Below are positions 28,694-37,040 of a stretch of DNA of 64,000 nt, in pieces. The position numbers and the translations under genes are program-made. A model generated the notes under the pieces. It was not told where the DNA came from and made no database searches. It was given only the letters and a program-made list of their open reading frames with translations. The stretch comes from Allosphingosinicella sp. Lineage in GTDB: Bacteria > Pseudomonadota > Alphaproteobacteria > Sphingomonadales > Sphingomonadaceae. Position 1 is the first letter of the stretch. Each line of letters begins with the position of its first letter. The stretch lies in assembly GCA_035626655.1 (NCBI GenBank), contig DASPNF010000011.1; one strand, given 5' to 3'.

Positions 28694-29283
28694 GATTGCT
28701 GCTCGCCTCGCAAAGCCTGGCGCGGCGGGAGATGCTGGCGGCGGCGGGCCTGGCCTTCGAGACGGTATCGGCGCCGCTCGACGAGGAGGAGGCCAAGGCC
28801 GGCCTCGCGGCGGCGGGCTTCGAGCCCTGGAACGTCGCGGAGATGCTGGCCGAGCTCAAGGCGAGGAGTGTGCCCGCCGAGGCCGAGACATTGGTGATCG
28901 GCGCGGACCAGGTGCTCGAGCTGGACGACGGCACGATGCTGTCCAAGGCGGGATCCCGCGAGGAATTGCTGGGCCAGCTCCGGATGCTCGGCGGTCGCAC
29001 CCACTGGCTGCACAGCGCCGCGGTGGTGACCGAGGCGGGCGAGCGGGTCTGGGGCGATACCGAAAGCGTCGAGCTCAGGGTCAGGCCCCTGAGCGAGGCC
29101 TTTCTCGAAACCTATCTCGACGCCGAATATGAGGCAGTGAAGCACTGCGTCGGCGGCTACCGGATCGAGGGCCGCGGCGTGCAATTGTTCGAGGCGGTCG
29201 AGGGCAGCCATTTCGCCGTGCTCGGCCTGCCGCTTCTCCCCCTGCTCGCCTATCTGCGCGAGCGTGGGTTGGCGGCAAGGTGA
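28690..29283 (+). CDS. maf: Maf-family nucleoside triphosphate pyrophosphatase
   Basis: LLLASQSLARREML N-terminus, 197 aa, GTGA overlap with the upstream gene. Confidence 0.88.
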   Translation: MRLLLASQSLARREMLAAAGLAFETVSAPLDEEEAKAGLAAAGFEPWNVAEMLAELKARSVPAEAETLVIGADQVLELDDGTMLSKAGSREELLGQLRMLGGRTHWLHSAAVVTEAGERVWGDTESVELRVRPLSEAFLETYLDAEYEAVKHCVGGYRIEGRGVQLFEAVEGSHFAVLGLPLLPLLAYLRERGLAAR

Positions 29284-30086
29284 TGGGAATTCCCTATGCC
29301 GAGGTGATCGGCGATCCGGTCGCCCATTCGAAATCGCCGGCAATCCACAGATATTGGCTGGACCAGCTCGGGATCGAGGGGGATTACCGGACGACACGAG
29401 TCACTGCGGACGAGCTTCCCGATTATCTCGCGGCGCGGCGCGACGATCCCGACTGGCGCGGGTGCAACGTCACCATGCCTTTGAAAGAAGACATACTCTC
29501 GCTGCTCGATACCAACGCCCTGACGCGGCGTATCGGCGCCGTGAACACCGTGGTTCGCTATGACGGGATGCTCACCGGGACCAATACGGACTGGCAGGGC
29601 ATCAATCTCGCCCTTGATACAGCGCGAATCGATCCGGAACGCGTCGCCGTCATTGGCGCCGGCGGTGCGGCGAGGGCGGCGCTGGCCGAAGTGCGAATGC
29701 AGAAGGTGCTCCACGTCATTCTGATCAACCGCTCGCCCGAAAAGGCGGCTGCGCTGTTGGAGCTGTTCGGGCTTCACGGCAAGGTTCTGCCGCTCGGCAC
29801 AGCCCCCGATGTTGATCTGCTGATCAACGCGAGCCCGTTGGGTATGGCCGGCTATCCAGCGCTCGATGTCGACCTCTCGCGCCTCAAGGCTGACGCGACC
29901 GTCTTCGACATGGTGTACCATCCGCTCGAAACGCCACTGCTGCGGGACGCACGGGGCAGAGGCCTGAAAACCGTGGACGGGCTGAGCATGTTGATTCACC
30001 AGGCGTCGATAGCATTCACCCACTTTTTCAAGGTTTCGCCCGAGCCGGCCGACTCCGCCGAGCTCCGCGAAAGGCTGACGTCATGA
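29280..30086 (+). CDS. aroE: Shikimate dehydrogenase
   Basis: VIGDPVAHSKSP, NVTMPLKE and GTNTDW motifs plus the GAGGAARA NADP site. Confidence 0.92.
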   Translation: MMGIPYAEVIGDPVAHSKSPAIHRYWLDQLGIEGDYRTTRVTADELPDYLAARRDDPDWRGCNVTMPLKEDILSLLDTNALTRRIGAVNTVVRYDGMLTGTNTDWQGINLALDTARIDPERVAVIGAGGAARAALAEVRMQKVLHVILINRSPEKAAALLELFGLHGKVLPLGTAPDVDLLINASPLGMAGYPALDVDLSRLKADATVFDMVYHPLETPLLRDARGRGLKTVDGLSMLIHQASIAFTHFFKVSPEPADSAELRERLTS

Positions 30087-30679
30087 CGCTGCTCGTCGGC
30101 CTCACCGGCTCGATCGGCATGGGCAAGTCTACCGTGGCGAAGATGTTCGCCGAGGAGGGCGTGCCGGTCTTCGATGCCGATGCGGCCGTCCATCGCCTGC
30201 AGGGGCCGGACGGGGCGCTGGTCGCCGAGATCGAGGCGCATTTCCCCGGCACGACCGGGCCCGAGGGGGTGAATCGCGGCGCGCTGGCCGAACGGGTGCT
30301 GGGCGAACCGGAGCAGCTCAGGCGGCTTGAAGCGCTCATCCATCCGGCCGTGGCGCGGGCACGGCGGGAATTCATCGCGGCGCATGACGGCGCGCCCGTG
30401 ATCCTGCTCGACATTCCCTTGCTGTTCGAGGCGGGCGGGGTGAACGAGGTCGACAAGGTCGCGGTCGTCTCCGCAGCGTCGGCGGTGCAGCGCGAGCGCG
30501 TGCTCGCCCGGCCCGGCATGACCCCCGAAAAATTCGAGAAGATCCTGGCCCGCCAGCTCCCGGACGCGGAGAAGCGCGCCCGCGCCGACTTCGTCATCCC
30601 CACCGACGTCAGCCTCGAGGAAACCCGCGCCTCGGTCCGCCGCATCCTCGCTTGCCTAAACGGGCAGGGGGATTCATAG
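30083..30679 (+). CDS. coaE: Dephospho-CoA kinase
   Basis: GLTGSIGMGKST P-loop, 198 aa, ATGA overlap with aroE. Confidence 0.92.
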   Translation: MTLLVGLTGSIGMGKSTVAKMFAEEGVPVFDADAAVHRLQGPDGALVAEIEAHFPGTTGPEGVNRGALAERVLGEPEQLRRLEALIHPAVARARREFIAAHDGAPVILLDIPLLFEAGGVNEVDKVAVVSAASAVQRERVLARPGMTPEKFEKILARQLPDAEKRARADFVIPTDVSLEETRASVRRILACLNGQGDS

Positions 30680-30687
30680 GCGAAGGC

Positions 30688-31389
30688 ATGCGGGAAATCG
30701 TTTTTGACACCGAGACGACCGGCCTCAGCCCACTCAACGGCGACCGGGTGGTGGAGATCGGCTGCGTCGAGCTGTTTAACCGGTGCGAGACCGGGCGGCA
30801 CTTCCACTCCTATTTCAATCCGTGCCGGCCGATGCCGAGCGAGGCGGAGGCAGTGCACGGCCTCTCCGACACCTTCCTCTCCGACAAGCCGCTTTTCGCC
30901 GATGTCGTCGAGGACCTGCTCATGTTCATCGGCGAATCGCCGATGATCGCGCACAATGCCGCCTTCGATTTCGGGTTCATCAACGCCGAGCTCGGCCAGT
31001 GCGGCCGGCCGAGCGTCTGCATGTCGCGCATGGTCGACACGCTCTCCATCGCCCGCCAGAAATTCCCCGGCGCCAAGCACAGCCTCGATGCGCTCTGCAC
31101 CCGCTTCGGCGTCGACCGCTCGCAGCGGATCAAGCATGGCGCCTTGCTCGACGCGCAACTGCTCGCCCAGGTCTATGTCGAGCTGACCGGCGGCCGCCAG
31201 ATCGGGCTCACCCTGGTCGCCGAGCTGATTGAGGACCAGTCCGCCACCGCCGAGGCGGCGGAGACCTTGATCGAGCCCGTATCCGTCGCGATCCGCCCGG
31301 CCCGCCCGCATGCGCCGAGCGAGGCGGAAGCGGCCCGCCACGCGGCCTTCCTGGCGAAGATCAAGGACCCGATCTGGAACCGGCTTTAA
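30688..31389 (+). CDS. dnaQ: DNA polymerase III subunit epsilon
   Basis: REIVFDTETTGL ExoI, AHNAAFD ExoII and HGALLDAQLLAQVY ExoIII motifs. Internal ATG at 30688. Confidence 0.93.
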   Translation: MREIVFDTETTGLSPLNGDRVVEIGCVELFNRCETGRHFHSYFNPCRPMPSEAEAVHGLSDTFLSDKPLFADVVEDLLMFIGESPMIAHNAAFDFGFINAELGQCGRPSVCMSRMVDTLSIARQKFPGAKHSLDALCTRFGVDRSQRIKHGALLDAQLLAQVYVELTGGRQIGLTLVAELIEDQSATAEAAETLIEPVSVAIRPARPHAPSEAEAARHAAFLAKIKDPIWNRL

Positions 31390-31393
31390 GCCA

Positions 31394-31465
31394 CGTCATT
31401 GCGAGGAGCGCAGCGACGAAGCCCATGCCCTCTGACCGGATTGCTTCGCTGCGCTCGCAATGACG
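31394..31465. repeat. 72-bp REP-like palindromic element, copy A
   Basis: CGTCATTGCGAG...CTCGCAATGACG hairpin 4 nt after the dnaQ stop. It matches the reverse complement of copy B at 24/25 and 23/25 positions in the two arms. Confidence 0.85.
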
Positions 31466-31545
31466 GTTTCGTTTCCCAGCCACTCTCTGCCCAGTTGACC
31501 AAAGCCGCGGCTGCGCCCACATGCGCCGGTACAGCATTGGAGACG

Positions 31546-32124
31546 ATGATGGACATCCGGGTCTCCGGTCATCAGATCGATACCGGCGAGGCGCTGCAGC
31601 AACAGGTGGACGAGCGGCTCCATCAGATCGCCGACAAATATTTCTCCCGCGCCATCTCCGCCCAGGTCACCTTCGGCAAAGGCCCCTACGACCATAGCTT
31701 CACCTGCGACATCGTCGCCTATGTCCCGCAGGGCGTCGTCCTGAAGGGCTCGGCCGGCGGGGCGCTCGCCCCGGTCGCCTTCGAGCTGGCCGCCGACCGG
31801 ATCGAGACCCAGCTGCGCCGCTACAAGCGCCGGCTCAAGGACCGCCACGCCCAGACCGCGCACGCCGAGGCGGAGTTCGATGCGGGCTATACCGTGTTCG
31901 CGCCGCCGCCCGAGCCCGAGGAGCCGGCCGACAATCCGCCCGTCGTCGCGGAGACGCGGGTCGACATCCCGACCGCCAGCGTCTCCGACGCGGTGATGCT
32001 GCTCGACCTGCGGAACACCAACGCCCTGATGTTCAAAAACAGCGCGACGGGCGCCTTCAACATGGTGTACCGGCGCCACGACGGCACGATCGGCTGGGTC
32101 GAGCCCCAACGCGGCGGCCTCTGA
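31546..32124 (+). CDS. hpf: Ribosome hibernation promoting factor (long HPF)
   Basis: MDIRVSGHQIDTGEALQQQV...ADKYF N-terminal domain and C-terminal dimerisation domain (MLLDL...MFKN..G..NMVYRR.DG.IGW). Confidence 0.88.
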   Translation: MMDIRVSGHQIDTGEALQQQVDERLHQIADKYFSRAISAQVTFGKGPYDHSFTCDIVAYVPQGVVLKGSAGGALAPVAFELAADRIETQLRRYKRRLKDRHAQTAHAEAEFDAGYTVFAPPPEPEEPADNPPVVAETRVDIPTASVSDAVMLLDLRNTNALMFKNSATGAFNMVYRRHDGTIGWVEPQRGGL

Positions 32125-32181
32125 AGGCACCACCTTGCCCCTTCTGCCCTTTCCCCCGGAGGCTCCGGCCTCCCAACCGGT

Positions 32182-32655
32182 GTGATGATGAGCGATCTTT
32201 CGGATTTATTGAGCGACAGGGCGATCGACGCCGATCTGGTGGCGGCGAACAAGAAGGGCCTGTTCCAGCAGCTCGCCGCGGCGGCGGGACGGCTGACCGG
32301 CCTGCCCGCCAAGACGATCGCCGCCAGCCTCAATGCGCGCGAGAAGATCGGCTCGACCGGCTTCGGCGGCGGCGCCGCCATCCCGCACGGCAAGATCGAG
32401 GGGCTGGACAATGTCTTCGGCTTCTTCGCCCGGCTGGAGACGCCGGTCGACTTCCAGTCGATCGACAATATGCCGGTGGATCTGGTCTTTCTTCTGCTTT
32501 CCCCGCCCGATGCGGGGGCGGACCATCTGAAGGCGCTGGCGCGGGTCAGCCGCATCTTCCGCGACAGCCAGACCGTGGCCAAATTGCGCGGCGCCCGCTC
32601 GCGCGACGCGATCTACGCCCTGCTCGCGGGCGGGGAAGCGCGGGATGCCGCCTGA
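32182..32655 (+). CDS. ptsN: PTS IIA-Ntr (nitrogen regulatory protein PtsN)
   Basis: GSTGFGGGAAIPHGK active-site His region, 157 aa, located downstream of hpf. Confidence 0.88.
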   Translation: MMMSDLSDLLSDRAIDADLVAANKKGLFQQLAAAAGRLTGLPAKTIAASLNAREKIGSTGFGGGAAIPHGKIEGLDNVFGFFARLETPVDFQSIDNMPVDLVFLLLSPPDAGADHLKALARVSRIFRDSQTVAKLRGARSRDAIYALLAGGEARDAA

Positions 32656-33109
32656 AGGGGCCACCGGGGGCGAGGCCGCGCACTTCCGCGCGCTCGAATC
32701 GCTCTACCGGTCGGCGGCAATCAACGACCTGTTCGAGTCCGAGATCGAGATCAGGGAGGCCGGCGTCGCCCGGATCCGCTTCGAGGTCGCGCCGGCCAGC
32801 TATCATGCCGCCGGCGCCGCCCACGGCACGCTCTACTTCAAGATGATGGACGATGCGGCTTTCTATGCCTGCAACTCGATGGTCAGCGACCGCTTCCTGC
32901 TGACCACGGCCTTCAACCTCGTCTTCACCCAGCCGCTGCGCGCCGGGCCGGTGATCGCGGAGGGACGCTGGGTCTCCGGCCGCCGCCGTGTCTTCGTGGG
33001 CGAGGCGCGGCTGCTGCTGCCCGACGGCGAGGAGGCGGCACGCGGCACTGGCACCTTCATGCGCTCGCACATCCCGCTCTCGGGCCTCGACGGCTATCGC
33101 AGCCGGTGA
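32645..33109 (+). CDS. PaaI-family (hotdog-fold) thioesterase
   Basis: AAGAAHGTLYFKMMDDAAFYA pattern and size; family-level call only. Confidence 0.7.
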   Translation: MPPEGATGGEAAHFRALESLYRSAAINDLFESEIEIREAGVARIRFEVAPASYHAAGAAHGTLYFKMMDDAAFYACNSMVSDRFLLTTAFNLVFTQPLRAGPVIAEGRWVSGRRRVFVGEARLLLPDGEEAARGTGTFMRSHIPLSGLDGYRSR

Positions 33110-33119
33110 GCGCCGGGAG

Positions 33120-33455
33120 GTGACTGCGCGGCTTTCCAGCCAGGTTCTCGTCTCCTCATTGCTCCGGCGCGCCCAGGCCGAGGGCGGCTTCGGCGTGGTG
33201 CTCGCCAAAGGCGACGCGACCGCGGGCGCAGTCATGGTGGTCCTCGCCGAGCGCGGGACTCGGACCGCCTTGCTCGAGCGGCTGCTGCAGCCGGACGGCA
33301 GCTATGCCTGGCAGGCGACGGGCCGGGCGGAGACGGAGGAGGAATTCCAGGCGTTGGTCGCGCGGCGCCGCCGCAGCGATCCCGATCTCTGGATCGTCGA
33401 GCTGGACGTCGCGGACGGCGAACGCTTCGCCGCTGAAATGAACGCCCCCGGTTGA
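33120..33455 (+). CDS. DUF1491 family protein
   Basis: RLSSQVLVSSLLRRAQAEGGFGVVLAKGDATAG... pattern. GTG at 33120 within ORF 32988..33455. Confidence 0.65.
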   Translation: MTARLSSQVLVSSLLRRAQAEGGFGVVLAKGDATAGAVMVVLAERGTRTALLERLLQPDGSYAWQATGRAETEEEFQALVARRRRSDPDLWIVELDVADGERFAAEMNAPG

Positions 33456-33512
33456 TTCGCTGCGGTCGCCGGGCTCTTCTCCGGCCGTCCAGGGGCAAGC
33501 GGGGGCTTCTTC

Positions 33513-34085
33513 ATGCGGATCCGGATCGGGCTGGCCTTCCTCGCCGCGGCATGCATCGCCATGCCCGCCCGGGCCCAGACCGCGCTGACCGCCGCCAATC
33601 TCGGCATCGAGGGTCTTGCCGATCCCGCTCCGGCACCGGCAGCGACGACATCGGAGGTCGAAGTGGTCGGCCGGCCGCTCAGCGAGCTCGTCGCCATCCA
33701 TGCGGCCGGCGCCACCGCGGACGACGAGACCGAATGCCTCGCCCGCGCCGTCTATTGGGAATCGCGCGGCGAGCCCTTGTCCGGCCAGCTCGCCGTCGCC
33801 GAGGTGGTGATCAACCGCGCCCGCTCGGGCCGGTTCGCGCCGACCCTGTGCGGCGTCGTCCGCCAGCCCTACCAATTCTCCTTCGTCCGCCGCGGCTATA
33901 TCCCGCAGCCGCCGCAGGGCTCGCGCGACTGGCAGACCGCAGTCGCCATCGCCCGCATCGCCACCGATCGGCTCGCCGAGGGCGGCGCGCCCGACGCCTT
34001 GTTCTTCCACGCCCGGCGGATCAATCCGGGCTGGCGGCGGCTGACCCGCATCGCCACGGTCGGGAATCACGTCTTCTACCGCTGA
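33513..34085 (+). CDS. Cell wall hydrolase (SleB-like)
   Basis: Signal peptide, then ECLARAVYWESRGEPLSGQLAVAEVVINR...CGVVRQPYQFSF. Confidence 0.85.
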   Translation: MRIRIGLAFLAAACIAMPARAQTALTAANLGIEGLADPAPAPAATTSEVEVVGRPLSELVAIHAAGATADDETECLARAVYWESRGEPLSGQLAVAEVVINRARSGRFAPTLCGVVRQPYQFSFVRRGYIPQPPQGSRDWQTAVAIARIATDRLAEGGAPDALFFHARRINPGWRRLTRIATVGNHVFYR

Positions 34086-34125
34086 CCCACTTCCGTTCGT
34101 TCCCGTTTCATTCTAGTTTTCGGGC

Positions 34126-34620
34126 ATGGCCTCCCTCCTGCCCGAGTCGTCCGACTGCTTCGCCGACGCGCCCCTGATCGCGCAAGACGTCGCCCGCGGC
34201 GTCACCCGGATGTTCTTCCGCGCCGACATGTATGCGCTCTGCGAGGTGCCGCTGCCCAACGGCCGGCGCGCGGACATGATGGCGATCGACGCGCGCGGGC
34301 AATTGACCATCGTCGAGATCAAGGTCTCCCGCGCCGACCTGATGGCCGACTGCAAGTGGGCCGACTATCTCGACTATTGCGACCTTTTCTACTGGGCGGT
34401 GCCGGCCGGCTTCACGCTGGCGCCGTTCGAGGAAGACGGCTTCGGCGCGGGCTGCGCCGGGCTGATCGTCGCCGACCGCTACGATGCGGAGATGGTCCGC
34501 GAGGCGCCCCGCCGCCCGCTCGCCGCCGCCCGCCGCAAGGCGGAGACCCTGCGCTTCGCCCGCCGCGCCGCGCGCCGGCTCGCCGGCGATCTTGATCCGG
34601 GGCTGGCCGGGCTGGATTGA
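34126..34620 (+). CDS. mmcB: MmcB-family DNA repair protein (PD-(D/E)xK nuclease fold)
   Basis: GRRADMMAID...LTIVEIKVSRADL...YLDYCDLFYWAVPAGF. Confidence 0.7.
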   Translation: MASLLPESSDCFADAPLIAQDVARGVTRMFFRADMYALCEVPLPNGRRADMMAIDARGQLTIVEIKVSRADLMADCKWADYLDYCDLFYWAVPAGFTLAPFEEDGFGAGCAGLIVADRYDAEMVREAPRRPLAAARRKAETLRFARRAARRLAGDLDPGLAGLD

Positions 34621-34627
34621 GCCCGAG

Positions 34628-35242
34628 CTAGGGGCGCGGCGTCGGCGGCGTCAGGCCGGAGACGGTGGGCGTCGCGGCCTGCGGATTTTCCAGCAGCCGC
34701 AGGATTCCCGTCGCCCGATTGTCCTGGCGCGCATAGTCGATCGCCGAATTGCCGGCGACATGGTCGGTCTGGTTCGGATCGGCGCGGTTGCGGAGCAGCA
34801 TGCGCACCATCGGCATGTCGCGGCGGTGGACGGCGAAGATCAGCGGAGTCTCACCGCGATTGTTGCTCTGGTTTACATTGGCCCGCCCCCGGCCAAGCAG
34901 GATCTCCGCCCCTTCCAGCCAGCCGAGCTGGGCAGCAATGATCAAGGGCGTATTGCCCTCGCGGTCGCCGACGTCGGCGCGGGCGCCGCGGCCGAGCATG
35001 TAGGCCAGCCAGCCGGAATCGCGGCCGCGCACCAGAATGTGCAGCGCATTCTCCCCGGTGCTGGCGTCGCGATGGTTGATCGCGGTCGAGCTCGGATTGG
35101 AGAGGATGCGCTCGGCGGTGTTGCCGTCGCGCTCGCGCACCGCCTTCAGGAAGGTGTAGCCCTCGGAAAAGCTCTGCGCCGCCACCGGCACGGCGATCGC
35201 CGCCAGCGCGGCCGCGAGCAGGAGCGTCTTGGTTCTGGCCAT
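34628..35242 (-). CDS. Secreted ankyrin-repeat protein
   Basis: Signal peptide plus repeated G.TPL..A......V..LL..GA..N units. Confidence 0.85.
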   Translation of the reverse strand: MARTKTLLLAAALAAIAVPVAAQSFSEGYTFLKAVRERDGNTAERILSNPSSTAINHRDASTGENALHILVRGRDSGWLAYMLGRGARADVGDREGNTPLIIAAQLGWLEGAEILLGRGRANVNQSNNRGETPLIFAVHRRDMPMVRMLLRNRADPNQTDHVAGNSAIDYARQDNRATGILRLLENPQAATPTVSGLTPPTPRP

Positions 35243-35312
35243 CCGCCTGATAATCCCTACATGATATGCGAACTTGATCCGCGGCCCTTAGCAAAGCAAG
35301 GCTGCGCCTGTC

Positions 35313-35915
35313 ATGAATGAAAGCGTCCCAGTGCGTCGCAGCGCCGTCCTTACCCTTCTGCTGGTCCTGCTGCTTGGTGCCTGCGCCCAGGCCGCCCCGC
35401 AGGATCCGCCGCTCAAGGGCGCGCGGCTCGGCGGCGCCTTCTCGCTGACCGACCAGAACGGCCGGCGGGTCACCGAGCGCAGCTGGCCGGGCAAATATAA
35501 GCTGGTCTATTTCGGCTATACCTTCTGCCCCGACGTCTGCCCGGTCGATATGCGGGTGCTGGGCGCGGGCCTCAGGCGGTTCGAGGAGCGGGATGCCCAA
35601 GCGGGGGCCCTGGTCCAGCCGATCTTCGTCAGCGTCGATCCGGCGCGCGACACGCCGCCGGTGCTGCGCGAGTTCGTCGCCAATTTCCACCCGCGCTTCG
35701 TCGGCCTGACCGGCACGCCGGACGAACTCGCCCGGATGGCGCGCGCTTATGGCGCCTCCTACATGCGCCGCGAGGGGGCGACGCCGGGCAGCTATCTGAT
35801 GGACCATACGCGCAACGCGGTCCTCTATGATCCCGAGGGCCGGCCGCTCGCCATCATTCCCTATGACCAGGGACCCGACGGCACCGCCAACGAGCTGGCG
35901 CGCTGGGTGAGATGA
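35313..35915 (+). CDS. SCO/SenC-family copper chaperone
   Basis: FGYTFCPDVCP CxxxC motif and a signal/anchor N-terminus. Confidence 0.88.
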   Translation: MNESVPVRRSAVLTLLLVLLLGACAQAAPQDPPLKGARLGGAFSLTDQNGRRVTERSWPGKYKLVYFGYTFCPDVCPVDMRVLGAGLRRFEERDAQAGALVQPIFVSVDPARDTPPVLREFVANFHPRFVGLTGTPDELARMARAYGASYMRREGATPGSYLMDHTRNAVLYDPEGRPLAIIPYDQGPDGTANELARWVR

Positions 35916-36343
35916 GGGAGCGTTTCTGGGAGCTGCCGATCGAGAGCCTCGACCGCGAGGAATGGGAGGCCCTGTGCGACGGCTGCGGCAAATGCTGCGT
36001 GCACAAGCTCGAGGACGAGGTCACCGGCGAGCTCTTCCCGACCAACGTCGCCTGCCGGCTGCTCGACCGCCAGGCCTGCCGCTGCACCAATTACAGGATG
36101 CGCAAGGCGCTGGTGCCCGATTGCGTGCGGCTCGACCTGAAGCAGCTCCGCGAGATCGACTGGCTGCCCTCGACCTGCGCCTATCGCCTGCGCGGCGACG
36201 ACAAGAAGCTGCCGGACTGGCATTATCTGGTCAGCGGCAGCCGCGAGACGGTGCACGAGGCCGGCATGTCGGTGCGCGGCTGGACGATATCGGAGGACGA
36301 CGCTGGCGATCTGGAGCTTCATCTCGTCGACAGGCCCTTCTAG
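35912..36343 (+). CDS. ycgN: YcgN-family cysteine-cluster protein (UPF0260)
   Basis: FWE...L..EEWEALCDGCGKCC and CRCTNY motifs. Confidence 0.85.
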   Translation: MRERFWELPIESLDREEWEALCDGCGKCCVHKLEDEVTGELFPTNVACRLLDRQACRCTNYRMRKALVPDCVRLDLKQLREIDWLPSTCAYRLRGDDKKLPDWHYLVSGSRETVHEAGMSVRGWTISEDDAGDLELHLVDRPF

Positions 36344-36380
36344 GCCCGGCGCTTCCGAGCTGCGCATCGGCGAAACGCCG

Positions 36381-37040
36381 GTGCGCCTGAAGGTGTCGCC
36401 GCGCGCCCGCAAGCTCCGACTCAGCGTCGACCCGCGCACCCGCTCGGTCCTGCTCACCGTGCCGCGCCGCGTCTCGCAGCGCCGGGCTCTGGCCTGGGCG
36501 AGCGAGCACCGGCAATGGATCGAGCGGCAGCTGGCCGAGATTCCGCCGCCGCGCCTCTTCGCGCCGGGCGAGATCGTGCCCGTGCATGGCGAGCCCCATG
36601 TGATCGACTGGGTGTCCGAGCGCCCGCGGAAGATCAGCCAGCAGGCCGGCCGGCTCGTCTGCGGCGGTCCGCTCGACGGCCTCGACCGCCGGATCCTGCG
36701 CTGGCTGAAGGCCGAGGCGCTGACCGTGCTGACCCGGGAAACCCGCGACTATGCCGCGAAGGCGGGCGCGAGGCTCGAGCGCGTCGGCATCGGCGATCCG
36801 ATCTCGCGCTGGGGCAGCTGCTCAAGCAAGGGCGTTATCCGCTACAGCTGGCGGCTGATCCTCGCGCCGGAATTCGTCCGGCGGGCGACGGTCGCGCATG
36901 AGGTGGCGCATCTCATCCACCTGAATCACGGGCCCGACTTCCATGCCCTGGTCGCCGAGATCCTCGGCACCGATCCGCGGCCGGCCCGCGCCTGGCTAAA
37001 GCGCGGGGGCGCCGCCCTCCACCGCATCGGTCCGCGTTAG
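36381..37040 (+). CDS. YgjP-like (DUF45/M48-type) metallopeptidase
   Basis: HEVAHLIHLNHGPDFHAL zinc motif and WGSCS pattern. Confidence 0.82.
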   Translation: MRLKVSPRARKLRLSVDPRTRSVLLTVPRRVSQRRALAWASEHRQWIERQLAEIPPPRLFAPGEIVPVHGEPHVIDWVSERPRKISQQAGRLVCGGPLDGLDRRILRWLKAEALTVLTRETRDYAAKAGARLERVGIGDPISRWGSCSSKGVIRYSWRLILAPEFVRRATVAHEVAHLIHLNHGPDFHALVAEILGTDPRPARAWLKRGGAALHRIGPR

